From an uncultured virus (IMG/VR IMGVR_UViG_3300042673_000573) (Duplodnaviria; Heunggongvirae; Uroviricota; Caudoviricetes), in the IMG/VR virus record IMGVR_UViG_3300042673_000573: a DNA stretch of 55,584 bases; one strand, written 5' to 3'. This document shows positions 55,540 through 55,584 of the stretch, one piece after another; positions within the stretch are counted from its first letter, which is position 1, and every line of letters begins with the position of its first letter. The position numbers were made by a program, and so were the translations under genes. Below the pieces are notes generated by a model. It was not told where the DNA came from and searched no databases. It saw nothing but the letters and a program-made list of their open reading frames with translations.

Positions 55540-55584
55540 ACATCTGTAACTCAGTTGGTTAGAGTACCTGCCTTATATGCAGAG
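55540..55584 (+). tRNA. tRNA-Ile (TAT), truncated by window end
   Basis: D arm ACTC-AGTTGGTTA-GAGT; anticodon arm CTGC-CTTATAT-GCAG. Confidence 0.7.

Noticed and set aside
1..55584. Stop-codon reassignment
   Set aside because: Long conserved genes are intact in the standard code and end in TAA, TAG and TGA; no suppressor tRNA seen (the last tRNA loop reads TAT, not TTA).

Overview
Fragment of a large, AT-rich tailed-phage genome. It is probably a siphovirus (tail tube and tape measure, no sheath seen), and its promoter grammar points to an actinobacterial host. Positions 1-34.5 kb are mostly minus-strand virion genes: tape measure start, tail chaperones, tail tube, head-tail proteins, capsid, protease/scaffold, portal and many fibre/baseplate-like proteins. 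Inserted among them are a class II ribonucleotide reductase, three Fe/2OG-type oxygenases, a GDP-mannose-3,5-epimerase-like plus O-fucosyltransferase-like pair, and two paralogous proteins with FxF[TSA]P repeats and an atypical C-terminal Hint domain. Positions 36.5-49.1 kb are a dense array of small early-type genes separated by repeated cassettes. These contain 11 TGTCAG-N10-TAnnnT (PafBC/RecA-NDp-type) promoters, 8 perfect CRP-type sites, DnaA boxes, CGACACGC boxes and six copies of a covarying 23-nt RNA pseudoknot. A candidate origin (CAAACC repeats plus 3 DnaA boxes) lies at 49.1-50 kb, followed by accessory genes and the start of a tRNA cluster that includes tRNA-Ile(UAU). All calls are from motifs read by eye; no database searches were run.
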